Part shown: positions 54,355-64,000 of the stretch, piece by piece
Numbering within the stretch: position 1 is the first letter of the stretch
Layout: each line of letters starts with the position of its first letter
NCBI GenBank assembly: GCA_038889075.1
Contig: JAWAHS010000003.1
Coordinates: 137,919-201,918 of the forward strand
Length of the DNA stretch: 64,000 bases
Direction: 5' to 3'
From: Ignisphaera sp.
GTDB lineage: Archaea; Thermoproteota; Thermoprotei_A; Sulfolobales; Ignisphaeraceae
Notes under the pieces: model-generated
Databases searched by the model: none
The model's input: only the letters and a program-made list of their open reading frames with translations
Told to the model about the DNA's origin: nothing
Program-made: the position numbers and the translations under genes

Positions 54355-54457
54355 TTTTATCAACCCTGTTCTTAAAATTGTGTATCGGATATCTATAAAA
54401 GGTGTGACATTTTTTTCCAATCAATTGAAATTAAAACATATTACATTTATTTTGAAT

Positions 54458-56170
54458 TCAAAGTAAATGCAATAATAGTGTTATAATAAGAAACACTATA
54501 TGAATTGCAGCTAAAATTAATTTAAGATAGCGGATCACAAATCCTCCTATCTGTTTTACTAACTCCAGCAACTCAAATATTTTAAATCCAACTACATTTA
54601 CACCGGTATTGTATACTAGCAGGGATACACTTGTGTCTGAAAGGTCGTTAATCGATGACTTGAGCGCCCGTTCAACAGCTCTTACAACATTTTCATTAGC
54701 TTCAACCGAATAGTAGGGTGAATCAAATGCTGTTCCAGCACAACTATGATCATCTAATGTTATCACCTCTGCGTCTCTAATTCCATTACTTATTGCAATT
54801 CTTCTTAATGAATCTCTCACACCTATTTTTGCATTATTTCCATAAAGATATATTAATGAATATTTCATGTTGTCACATTCCATAGTCAAAACTTTTACTT
54901 TATTTATGCAAAGCCCTTTGATATTTCCGTATACTGTAGACTCACCATATCCAGTTCTAAAGCTAGAGCATGCTTTTTTACGAATAGAAATTGATGCCAT
55001 AATAATTGAATAGAATTTCTTTGGATCGGTTTCACGTAAGCCTTCAATATTATGACAATCGATGATAACAGCATCCTTAAAACCGTATACAGTTGCAATT
55101 TCTTCAGCATACTTCTGAACTTCATATGGAATATCATCACCGCCTACTATAGGTGATGATAGCGCTATAAAAACTAAATAATTAGTTTGAAAAACAAATG
55201 CTTCATAAAGTTCGTCGTATATCCTAAAGGGTTCATACACAATTTCATATTTGTTATCTGCATTAAGATGATCTACTATTTTATCTGCTATATCTTTAGA
55301 GAGTTTCCCTGCTTCATTCTTGTTTATGATATCTAATTCGTGCGAACCTGCACCGTGTAGAACAAGCGATTTAATTCCCTTGGAGTTAAGGATTTCATCG
55401 AGATAGTGGGGTAGTAGTGTACTTCCTAAGGTTCTAAATGGACCGAAGTGCACCCCTGGTACTATTAATGCTATACTATCGTTTTTCCTATTAAAAAATA
55501 TTGAATATACCTTAACATTCTTTTTTTCGCTAAGTTTACCTATCTGAAATTCGATATCGTCATCTATACCTGTCAATATATACTTAGCCCACGCACTTGA
55601 TAACTCGAATAGATTAACACCTTTTCTATACGAACTAAGAACGTTATTGAGGTATATTGACGATAGTGATACAAATATTAGCATAGATATTCGAATGGAA
55701 GTATTTATTGTGTCGAACCTGTCAACAAAGATTATAAATAAAATTTCCAGCAATATAGGAATTGAAAACATCGCTACAACTTTCCTCTTAGAATTTGTCA
55801 AACCTCGTAGAATTAGTAAACCAAATAAAGGAAGTACTGTATATAGCATTCCATATATACTAACAAATGAACCTAAGAATTCCATCAGAATGCCTGGAGC
55901 TGTAGAAAATATTATCATATTCAGTATCTGCCTTCTTTTCATATACGGTACTAGAGATTTCACTACTAGCGGCATAAGAGAGAAGCACAGTACGTGAATT
56001 ACTATTGTAATCGACACTACTGTACTGTAATAGTTCTTGATAATACATGGTATTAAATCAATGAGAACAATAAGTAAAAGATATAATGGATATATAAGGG
56101 AGACGTATCTAGCCATCTTTGAAGGTATACGTAAAAGTCTGTAGTATTTCAATGCTACGCTATCAAACAT
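54458..56170 (-). CDS. DUF2070 membrane protein
   Basis: TM N-half; PGVHFGPFRTLGS, HGAGSHELD, IDCHN, GNN, DDH. Confidence 0.88.
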   Translation of the reverse strand: MFDSVALKYYRLLRIPSKMARYVSLIYPLYLLLIVLIDLIPCIIKNYYSTVVSITIVIHVLCFSLMPLVVKSLVPYMKRRQILNMIIFSTAPGILMEFLGSFVSIYGMLYTVLPLFGLLILRGLTNSKRKVVAMFSIPILLEILFIIFVDRFDTINTSIRISMLIFVSLSSIYLNNVLSSYRKGVNLFELSSAWAKYILTGIDDDIEFQIGKLSEKKNVKVYSIFFNRKNDSIALIVPGVHFGPFRTLGSTLLPHYLDEILNSKGIKSLVLHGAGSHELDIINKNEAGKLSKDIADKIVDHLNADNKYEIVYEPFRIYDELYEAFVFQTNYLVFIALSSPIVGGDDIPYEVQKYAEEIATVYGFKDAVIIDCHNIEGLRETDPKKFYSIIMASISIRKKACSSFRTGYGESTVYGNIKGLCINKVKVLTMECDNMKYSLIYLYGNNAKIGVRDSLRRIAISNGIRDAEVITLDDHSCAGTAFDSPYYSVEANENVVRAVERALKSSINDLSDTSVSLLVYNTGVNVVGFKIFELLELVKQIGGFVIRYLKLILAAIHIVFLIITLLLHLL

Positions 56171-56559
56171 ACCATTATCACTTTAAATGGTGTTGCGTTC
56201 ATATGGTATATTAAACTTATCCATCCACTGACAATTACCTAAGATAAGGTCAACGAGTATTACTAGTTTCATAGAGTGCTGTTTAAAAATTTTACATACG
56301 TTCCAAAATTGAAATAACATTTGTATTCTTTCTATATTCCATGCATTCCTATTTCTCGTTCGCTAGCTAATTGTGGTACTTGGTACAGTATTTTGATGCC
56401 TTACTATATGCTCTTATCAACTACAAATCTCCCACAAATATTCATAACAATAGATGTTTTGTTGTATGAGAATGCTTATATAGCTCAAAACATTACTATT
56501 GTTACTAAAACTCCTAATTAAATGAAGACTGACTCGATGAAAGATCCTGAGGTTAGAAA

Positions 56560-56898
56560 ATGATACTAACGATCGAAGAACTTCGAAAAATGATGATCGA
56601 TATTGGTTTTGAAAAGATATACTTAGTTGAAGAAGAACCTAATTGTGTGGTCTATATCGGAATTTATAAAGGTAAAGAAATCATTGTAACGATTTTTAAG
56701 GGAATATCAGCAGTTTATGCAAAAATGATTCCAGCAGATCTTCTTCCAACTCCCAATTGGCATTGCCATTATATAAAATACTCACCAATAGGATGGTATA
56801 TATTCTCTAGCAGTATCAGTGATCTTGTTATGCGTTTAGGTAAGAAATTATCCAAGATTATCGAATTGAAGTATTCGTACAATTCCTTAATTAACTAG
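56560..56898 (+). CDS. Hypothetical protein
   Basis: 112-aa ORF with SD-like GAGGT upstream. Confidence 0.65.
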   Translation: MILTIEELRKMMIDIGFEKIYLVEEEPNCVVYIGIYKGKEIIVTIFKGISAVYAKMIPADLLPTPNWHCHYIKYSPIGWYIFSSSISDLVMRLGKKLSKIIELKYSYNSLIN

Positions 56899-58369
56899 AC
56901 AGTGGATACAATACGAATCCTCGGTTAGGCTCTATTTCTACTCTAAAGGCAGTTCTAATATGATCGGTCATTCTCATTTTCTTTATTATCATGTATCTTT
57001 TGACCTCTTTACTCTCTTCCACATCCTCCATCCAAAGATGGAACACTCCATCTGCAATATGTTCCAATCCAAATCCAAACGTACTATTATGTACTAAGAT
57101 CCAACCCATACCAGCAATGAAATTTTCATTCATGTCTACAGAAAGATCGTATACGTAAGGTGTGCTAGGACCTTCCTCTTCAATTCTTTTCACCATTATA
57201 AAACCCGTCTTGAGATCGTTATTTGGATTTTCAATCTTTTCCTGTAGGAGTACAGGGATACTATCTCCTTCTCTTACCTTACTTCCCTTAATGGGTTTAA
57301 TACGGTCTCTATTTAAGATGTAGATGCTGTGATCTTGCGTTACTGATACACTACGCCCTCCCTCTAATTCTATTCTTAACAAATTTCTATTTTCTCGGTG
57401 TCTAGCTACGGCTTTTAGGATTCTCCATTCAACTTTAAGAGTTTTTGGATTTACGGACAGTGTATATATGGGAATTTTGATAAGCTTGATCCCCTCTTCA
57501 TCATAGTTAAAGAACCTGTCTACAAATCTACCTATCTGACAAATTTCTATTGTATCATTATACTTGATTACAATTGGTGTTTTGTAGTCCACACTTTTGG
57601 TGGTCATTGCATACTGGCTTACAAGATACGCTGTTACATTTTCCCTATGTGTAGATATCTTTAAATCATAGCTATATTTTCTAGCCATAGCAGGTTTATC
57701 TGCCCAGAAAGCACTTAATGAATCTACAATTAGTCTAACATGTTTGTAGGGAGACCTTCCACCTTCTCTCAAAACACCTAACACCTTATACGCTTCATGG
57801 ATTGCCGAAACAAGTGTTTGTATGTCCAATGCAGCAAATCTTCTCTTTCTAACACCTTCTGAATCAGCCTGCGTATATTCGCTCATTTGTCTAGCAATTT
57901 TAAGAAGACCGAAAATATCTATTACTACTATCTGAGGCACTTCACTAATTTCCTTTGAGCTTGAAATATCGTGTATTCTATAGCTTTCAAAATCTATATT
58001 AAATTGTCTTGCTTGTCTAACAACATCTCTAAACTCTGCCTCAGTTGTTACATATACAACTGGATCACCTGATATTAGCCCTGCCCAGGCAAAGTGCATA
58101 CAAAGAATAGACTTGCCAGTACCTGGCTCACCTGTTATGGCAACCCAAGAACCTTTTGGAATACCTCCATGTAGTGCCTTATCAAGTTCAGCAACCCCTG
58201 TAGAAATCCTAGTAATACCAAAATCTTTTTTGCTTGTTTTACCCTCCTCCCTAATTTCCTTAGGAAATGTTTTATCCTTTTCTTTCTCACGGCTTAATAA
58301 TTCCAATTCTTTCTCAAGCTCACTCAAATCTCTATTGTAAATTGTAGATTCTCTATCTTCTTCACTCAT
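56891..58369 (-). CDS. KaiC/RAD55-like RecA-superfamily ATPase, intein-containing
   Basis: ISTGV.ELD..L.GG, GEPGTGKS, IVDSLS, SQY..T.../STFGFGLEHIADG, KKMR.T.H. Confidence 0.92.
   Translation of the reverse strand: MSEEDRESTIYNRDLSELEKELELLSREKEKDKTFPKEIREEGKTSKKDFGITRISTGVAELDKALHGGIPKGSWVAITGEPGTGKSILCMHFAWAGLISGDPVVYVTTEAEFRDVVRQARQFNIDFESYRIHDISSSKEISEVPQIVVIDIFGLLKIARQMSEYTQADSEGVRKRRFAALDIQTLVSAIHEAYKVLGVLREGGRSPYKHVRLIVDSLSAFWADKPAMARKYSYDLKISTHRENVTAYLVSQYAMTTKSVDYKTPIVIKYNDTIEICQIGRFVDRFFNYDEEGIKLIKIPIYTLSVNPKTLKVEWRILKAVARHRENRNLLRIELEGGRSVSVTQDHSIYILNRDRIKPIKGSKVREGDSIPVLLQEKIENPNNDLKTGFIMVKRIEEEGPSTPYVYDLSVDMNENFIAGMGWILVHNSTFGFGLEHIADGVFHLWMEDVEESKEVKRYMIIKKMRMTDHIRTAFRVEIEPNRGFVLYPLSS
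57086..57595 (-). mobile_element. Mini-intein (170 aa, no homing endonuclease)
   Basis: Block A SVDYKT, block B VTQDH, block F YVYDLSV..NENFIA, block G VHN followed by Ser+1. Confidence 0.93.
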
Positions 58370-58610
58370 AGAAGACTGCCTACCAAACCTATATATCATA
58401 GTATAGTTGTTAACTTAAAAAACTAATAGGAAATTAGACGTATGAATCACCTAAAATACGTCAAAATATGTGGATGGTAATCTGAATTCGGATCTATAGA
58501 AGCTATTAATTATTATTTAATGATTTGAGATATCTTTAAATTTAGAGTTATCAGTAATATTCTTGGCATGTGCGTACCCTTTAATCCATAGAACTTCATG
58601 GAAATAGAAC

Positions 58611-59342
58611 ATGACTGGAGTTAGAGATTTACCCACCATCGATGCTGAAATCTACGATGCTGTATATGATTATAGATTTCTCTTATCTAGAGGATACAGC
58701 CAGAAGCATGCTTTAGATGTTGTAGCCTTAAAATATTCTCTCAGTAGAGAGAAAAAATTGCTACTTTATAGATGCGTCCACTCTATGCAATATGTAGTAA
58801 ATGTTGTACCAAAAATTCTATGCCTTTCCAAAACATACAACATACTTGTTATCGACTTTTACAATATTCTATTGACTGTATTATGTATATTGGAAGACTG
58901 CGATATTTATCTATGTGACGATTGTATTACTAGAGATCTAAGAGGATCTAAATTAAGACCCCAAGATAGTATATACATGTTGAAAGCCTATGAACTAATT
59001 TTAGATGCCATCTCCTACCTAAACCCCTCAAAAATTATTACTATAGCTGACAAAAATGTTAGTCATAGTGCTATTCAGATAACGCAATTCAATAGGTACG
59101 TCCTGGAGAGGGGTTTTGTGGGTTATAGCATACTATCACCAACTCCTGATAGAGATTCGATAGAAATTTCAAGAAAGGAACAGGCTGTTGTTGCATCATC
59201 TGATAGTATAGTTATTGAAAATGCTTATAGAGTATTCCCTCTTACAACAGTAATCCTCAATAGGTTAGGCAAACGTTTCACAATCAACTTTGCAGAGCTA
59301 CTCGGAACTCCTTGCAATCTTTGCTATGAATATGCCATATAG
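58611..59342 (+). CDS. DUF434 (PIN/NYN-like) protein
   Basis: DYRFLLSRGY, LLYRCV, IDFYNILLT, D...RDLRG, SSDS. Confidence 0.85.
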   Translation: MTGVRDLPTIDAEIYDAVYDYRFLLSRGYSQKHALDVVALKYSLSREKKLLLYRCVHSMQYVVNVVPKILCLSKTYNILVIDFYNILLTVLCILEDCDIYLCDDCITRDLRGSKLRPQDSIYMLKAYELILDAISYLNPSKIITIADKNVSHSAIQITQFNRYVLERGFVGYSILSPTPDRDSIEISRKEQAVVASSDSIVIENAYRVFPLTTVILNRLGKRFTINFAELLGTPCNLCYEYAI

Positions 59343-59750
59343 ACCATATATGAGGAGTATAAATGCTATTGTCAGTGGAATACTAATTGAAATTGATGTA
59401 AAATCATTACAATTGATTGCTATATCACATCTACTGTATATAAACGATGGTGGTATAATTATGAAATAGCCAGGATTTAATCGCGAAGTCTCTCTCAAAG
59501 TGACTGTAAAAGAATATATGGAGGATATTACTATAAGTGACAGAGTAATGTACTGTCCTCCTTTACGATACGACGGAAAAACCTCTTTCAGAATTATCAG
59601 AAATAGTATTAAGTAGAAGAAAATTCTCATAAGGTTCAATGGTATTATTCGATCCAAATACGCTGGGAATGCGTGAAACATAGCTATTACATATAGTAAT
59701 ATAGTAGATGCAGAGCCTATCAATGCAATTATATAACTGAGTCTTGACAT
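59298..59750 (-). CDS. Hypothetical membrane protein
   Basis: Four hydrophobic segments from ATG 59750. Confidence 0.6.
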   Translation of the reverse strand: MSRLSYIIALIGSASTILLYVIAMFHAFPAYLDRIIPLNLMRIFFYLILFLIILKEVFPSYRKGGQYITLSLIVISSIYSFTVTLRETSRLNPGYFIIIPPSFIYSRCDIAINCNDFTSISISIPLTIAFILLIYGLYGIFIAKIARSSE

Positions 59751-59803
59751 TCGCTTATCTTCACTCAATTCAAGCGACCTTCTATTCCTAAATAAATGAT
59801 TGA

Positions 59804-59877
<74 letters not shown>

Positions 59878-59965
59878 TAAAATTAGTAATTATGTGCTGG
59901 GAATTTATGTGTTACGCATATACAAAATCCAATTCTAACTTTTAGTTCTTTAAATACTACTTCTC

Positions 59966-60097
59966 CTATCTCCTATAACGTTTATTGCTTCCCCGTTTTC
60001 TCATCTGCGACCCTCCTTCAAGTCCAATGAGTATGTGTGCCATATAGCTTCTCCAGCTTCTAAATAATCTATTGCATCTTGGACATTTGTATACCAT
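59966..60097 (-). CDS. 43-aa basic C2H2-like zinc-finger microprotein
   Basis: YKCPRCNRLFRSWRSYMAH plus Arg/Lys tail. Confidence 0.55.
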   Translation of the reverse strand: MVYKCPRCNRLFRSWRSYMAHILIGLEGGSQMRKRGSNKRYRR

Positions 60098-60193
60098 ATT
60101 ATGTGCCCTATAGATGTAGGGGTATATAATATGGTATATAGTTGTAGTATTCTTATTAGGTTGTGTTACAATTTTAGTATGTTTGTGTGAAAC

Positions 60194-60958
60194 ATGTGGA
60201 AAATAGTTACACATAAAAATATCGATATAGAAAGAGCTATTGCAATAGTAGGCTTCCCTGGAATGGGATTAGTTGGGAAAACCGTTGCGATGTATCTCAT
60301 TAACATCTTTGATGCCCATCATATTCTGAGCATCTATGGTACAAAATTCCCCGCACACCTACTTGTTAATTCAGATGGTCTAGCTGATATCGACAAAGTC
60401 AGCATATATTATGCAAAAAACAATAGTACTGGTATTCTTATTATAACAAGCGATGCCCAACCTACAAGCGACCCTGATCAGCATGAGTTGAGCAGATTTA
60501 TTGTTAAAAAGCTTCTAAGATACAATGTAATTGAATTGATAGCTACAGCAGCTTTCGTTTCAGATGTTGTTGTAACATCTAGAAGGGTATTTGTAGTTGG
60601 AAACAACAACACTATTTTACAGAAGTACATTGAGAAAGGTGCAACACCGCTAAACGAAAGCGTAATTAGTGGTATGAATGGTGTAATTATTGGATGGGCA
60701 AAAGCATACAATATGAATGGTGTATGTGTTCTCGGTGAAACGTGGAGAAGTATTGTTGAAATGAATTATGTAGACTATACTGCATCTAAAATAATTATCG
60801 ACTTATTAAATAGGGTATGGGAACTTAACATAGATACTGAAGAACTTAGAATACGAGGTAAGAACATCGAGAATGAAATTGAAACTATCCTAAGACAATA
60901 TGTACAAAAAGAGACGTCAAAGGAAGAAAGGGAAAAGAGACCATATTACATAACGTAG
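60194..60958 (+). CDS. PAC2 family proteasome assembly chaperone
   Basis: GFPGMGLVG, DAQP, ISGMNG, LGET, D..AS. Confidence 0.88.
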   Translation: MWKIVTHKNIDIERAIAIVGFPGMGLVGKTVAMYLINIFDAHHILSIYGTKFPAHLLVNSDGLADIDKVSIYYAKNNSTGILIITSDAQPTSDPDQHELSRFIVKKLLRYNVIELIATAAFVSDVVVTSRRVFVVGNNNTILQKYIEKGATPLNESVISGMNGVIIGWAKAYNMNGVCVLGETWRSIVEMNYVDYTASKIIIDLLNRVWELNIDTEELRIRGKNIENEIETILRQYVQKETSKEEREKRPYYIT

Positions 60959-61279
60959 AATTGATAAATTACGTCCATTCCTTTCCTACCTATCATCCAT
61001 AACTATGCCTGCCTATCAATTAAACCGCTAGTGTCCACAATTTGATATCGATAATCGAACTACTCCAGTAAAGCATTTCAATAAAGTACCTTTCTAGTAA
61101 TTACTTATGCATTCCTATACCACAACATTCTTTGTATGATACATCCCATTTATAATAAACCTAACCCACCTCTACGAAATGTAAAAAGCAAAATTAAATA
61201 TGAGAAAGATATCAGGATGTAACAAATGATGAATACAGTGTAAGAAGGTCAGGGACAAGGTTCATTGATACTTTAAGCA

Positions 61280-61770
61280 AGAAGGCTATATAGAGGAGTA
61301 TCCAAGATGTATAGCGAGAGAATTCACAGTAGAATAAAGCATTTCCATAGGAAAACAAGGAGGAGTATTGCTACAGAAATATTCTTAGAGGCTTGCTAGA
61401 GAAGTGATTTTGAAGACAAAAGAGAAGAGGCTATGCGATAGCCCTCGAAGACTTAGAGCACATCAACAGAAGCATACTCAATAGGAGCACACTAGTAGTA
61501 ATTGATCCGAGGAACGACTCTAGGATCTAGAACCTGCCTAAGGTATGGAAATACATTAAATTACATTAACAAGCTAGCTATATGCTCTACCTGTTTTCTT
61601 AAGAAAGATAGAACCTCGTCTGGAGCAATCAACATCCAACTTAGAGCACTATACACATATGGGGGAGCCAGGTCTCCCCGGGAGCTCCTACAGTGAAGGA
61701 TGAAAACCGATGGAGCGAGAGGACAAGAAAATAAGAAATGAAGATAATTACAAGTAGCTACAAGTTCAGA
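61280..61770 (+). pseudogene. tnpB: Decayed tnpB (IS605/IS1341-type) with retained 3' end
   Basis: Fragments RIHSRIKHFHRK, AIALEDL (RuvC-II), VVIDPRN, SRTC..YG..ICSTC (Zn finger), DR...GAINI (RuvC-III); stops, frameshifts, internal deletion. Confidence 0.8.
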
Positions 61771-61827
61771 CTTGAACTCTATAAAAATTTAGAATCTTGG
61801 GTGAAAGATATAGCTTATATGCATGTC

Positions 61828-61881
61828 TCATTACTGCGGGGCCTCATCATTGTATTCAGTATCGGAGATCTAATTCATCCT
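61828..61881 (-). ncRNA. C/D-box guide sRNA
   Basis: Minus strand AGGATGA-ATTAGATCTCCGATA-CTGA-ATACA-ATGATGA-GGCCCCGCAGTA-ATGA. Confidence 0.75.
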
Positions 61882-61991
61882 GCTACCTAATTATTTTTAC
61901 CAGATACAGCTCTTATTCTTTTATAAATTTCCTCCAGATTTAAATATCTAAGATACCGGCTTAAAAACATCGCCATGCATGGTATAGTAAT

Positions 61992-62450
61992 ATGTCTCTC
62001 TCAGAACTTGATGAACTCGATAGGCAAATAATTAATCTAATCATTGAAAATTGTAATAGGAGCATCAGAGAACTTTCTAAGACTTTAAATAGATCACCAA
62101 CACTAATTTCCAAGAGATTACAAAGATTAAAGAAGCTCGGTATAATAACTAAATGTGAGGCTATCTTAGATTATAAAACAATAGGCTATTCTATACTTGC
62201 GCTCATATTGCTTAAAGTTGATGGTGCTCATATAGAGGATGTTGAAAAAAGCCTTGCATACGAACCAAATGTGAGGGCAGTCTATGATATTACTGGCGAA
62301 TATGATGTGGCTTTAATTGCTCTTTTTAAGAATGTTGATGAACTTGATAAATTTGTAAAGAGAATTTTAAGAAATCCATATATTAAAAGTAGCACTACTA
62401 GTGTTGTATTTAAAGCTGTGAAAGATAATATTAACATTAAAGTTTTTTAA
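61992..62450 (+). CDS. Lrp/AsnC family regulator
   Basis: LDELDRQII, HTH, YDITGEYD RAM domain. Confidence 0.94.
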   Translation: MSLSELDELDRQIINLIIENCNRSIRELSKTLNRSPTLISKRLQRLKKLGIITKCEAILDYKTIGYSILALILLKVDGAHIEDVEKSLAYEPNVRAVYDITGEYDVALIALFKNVDELDKFVKRILRNPYIKSSTTSVVFKAVKDNINIKVF

Positions 62451-62484
62451 TCGATAAAGCCTATCTATATCTGAAAACTTATTA

Positions 62485-62541
62485 ATGATGATTGTGGTGG
62501 GCTCTGAGCCTAAGTATAATGATGACATGAATCCTCACTGA
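62485..62541 (+). ncRNA. C/D-box guide sRNA (all four boxes consensus)
   Basis: ATGATGA-TTGTGGTGGGCT-CTGA-(11 nt)-ATGATGA-CATGAATCCTCA-CTGA. Confidence 0.92.
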
Positions 62542-63149
62542 AAAATTACAGGATCATGTAAACCTTAACTACTTATCATATTAAAATTAAAATCCATAAA
62601 AAATGTAAATCATGGCCATATAATACCGAATTCTATATTCCATATTTTAGAAATAAATGCAGTTATTCTATGTTACAATACCATGTCTACCGTTTGCTCC
62701 CTGACCCATTTCTGCGATTCCATGCACATTCAACTCAAGGATTTCCACCTAGCTCACAGGAACTTAGACATCCCTGTATATTCTAGGATATCTATTAAAG
62801 CCCAACAACACTAAACCCCTACTCAAAACCTAGACCTTAGAGACCTAGAACACAAACTCCCACAACAACCCAAAACTTGAAACAATTTAGAAAGAAACAA
62901 CCAAAGAATTAAATCTAGAATTCTTAAGAGGGATGTAGGAAAAATAGAATGAGGTAACGAGGATGATACCAGTATAAACAACATAAGAGAGCTGAACCTC
63001 ACACTAGATAGATAGATCCACTTAATATATTTGATTTGAATAGAGACTTTTCACATTACCTAAAATACATTGTCAAATGGATATTGTATTTTAAATATTT
63101 TAAGTAAATATTATAAGAGCGTATGTGGATATTTTTCCTGGTAATAAAA

Positions 63150-63485
63150 ATGCTTGATGATAAAGATGTTGTGAAATTTCAAGCCTATATACTCTATGGC
63201 AAAAATGTCGATAACATCTTAAGGAGGATTGTGAACTATCTTGGAAATTGTAACAAGATAATTGCAGATATAGAGCTAAGCGATATTTTAAAAGGAATAT
63301 GTGTTGAATCTGAGCTTCCTCATTTCATGGAGTTTAGGGATTATAAGATGGTTGAGGAGGTAATAAATAATGAAGTAATTGGTAAAGGGATAGTGTTTAG
63401 GGTTACGTCACCTAGGAGTGACATACATGCAATTGCATTCATACCAATAAATAGTTTTAATAAATCTGTAATTCTTAAGAGGTAA
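63150..63485 (+). CDS. Hypothetical protein
   Basis: Open 111 aa from ATG 63150; 5 nt from next gene. Confidence 0.7.
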   Translation: MLDDKDVVKFQAYILYGKNVDNILRRIVNYLGNCNKIIADIELSDILKGICVESELPHFMEFRDYKMVEEVINNEVIGKGIVFRVTSPRSDIHAIAFIPINSFNKSVILKR

Positions 63486-63490
63486 TTTCC

Positions 63491-63892
63491 ATGCCTAATT
63501 TAAGTTTTAGAATAGATAGCGTTAGGGCTGAAAGATACAGTTTTGAATTAGTACATCAATTAAATATAAATATGAATATAATGTTTGGTAAACCTGAAAG
63601 TAAAGACAACAGTTTCTTGATAGGATTTGTAGTAAAAATAGATTGTACGCCTCCTATGGCTTCCATCGATATTAAAGGTCTTGTCATCGTTACCCCCATG
63701 AATCAAGATGAGTATATAAAGCTTGGAGAAGAATTCAAAAAGGGTACAATGCCATACCCACTTGTGATTGCCGTATATAGCTACACGTTACCTATTATAT
63801 CACTCTTATCTAGGGAGCTCGGCATTCCACCCCCTATACAATTTCCCATACAACCATCACATCGTGAAAAAGGCGCTGATTACCATCTATAG
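63491..63892 (+). CDS. SecB-like fold hypothetical protein
   Basis: Four beta-strands then helix ending LLSRELGIPPPI, resembling SecB-type ..T.R.G.PP. Confidence 0.6.
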   Translation: MPNLSFRIDSVRAERYSFELVHQLNINMNIMFGKPESKDNSFLIGFVVKIDCTPPMASIDIKGLVIVTPMNQDEYIKLGEEFKKGTMPYPLVIAVYSYTLPIISLLSRELGIPPPIQFPIQPSHREKGADYHL

Positions 63893-64000
63893 AGATGCAG
63901 AATATAGCCATATCAATGCAATCAAAATTTGTACAGTCGTTGATAGAAATGCTACCTCTAGCCACACCTTCCAGCCAATCTTAATCTTTCTTTTCTCAGC
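63887..64000 (-). CDS. 3' end of ArsB/NhaD/SLC13-like transporter (partial)
   Basis: Manual translation AEKRKIKIGWKVWLEVAFLSTTVQILIALIWLYSASL*. Confidence 0.55.
   Translation of the reverse strand, partial: AEKRKIKIGWKVWLEVAFLSTTVQILIALIWLYSASL

Noticed and set aside
56522-56550. ATGAAGA...CTGA candidate sRNA
   Set aside because: Too short for two guides

Overview
AT-rich core-genome segment of a hyperthermophilic crenarchaeon (Thermoprotei; probably Desulfurococcales/Ignisphaera-like, inferred from Cren7, CdvABC, short crenarchaeal XPF, GAPOR, frequent TTG/GTG starts and BHB tRNA introns). It carries ether-lipid genes (DGGGP synthase, GGR, class II HMG-CoA reductase), pyrG, GAPOR, a MoxR/DUF58/DUF4350 cluster, a replication cluster (mcm, gins23, rfcS, rfcL, cdc6), the proteasome-exosome superoperon through XPF and EF-2, RIO2, SAM synthetase, Sm, RqcH, cdvABC and three tRNAs. 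Most notable beyond routine annotation: (1) at least six unannotated C/D-box guide RNAs, three of which have guides whose N+5 position falls on tRNA wobble base 34 (Val-CAC, Thr-UGU, more weakly Arg-GCG), two of these flanking an m5C methyltransferase gene; (2) a 170-aa mini-intein in a KaiC/RAD55-like ATPase; (3) two genes (XPF, a CDF transporter) whose conserved N-termini lack an in-frame canonical start, XPF being in frame with the upstream DHH gene behind one TGA; (4) a divergent Cren7; (5) a perfect 16-bp inverted repeat; (6) two decayed tnpB elements. No CRISPR array, rRNA or intact mobile element was seen. All family calls come from motif recognition, not database searches.
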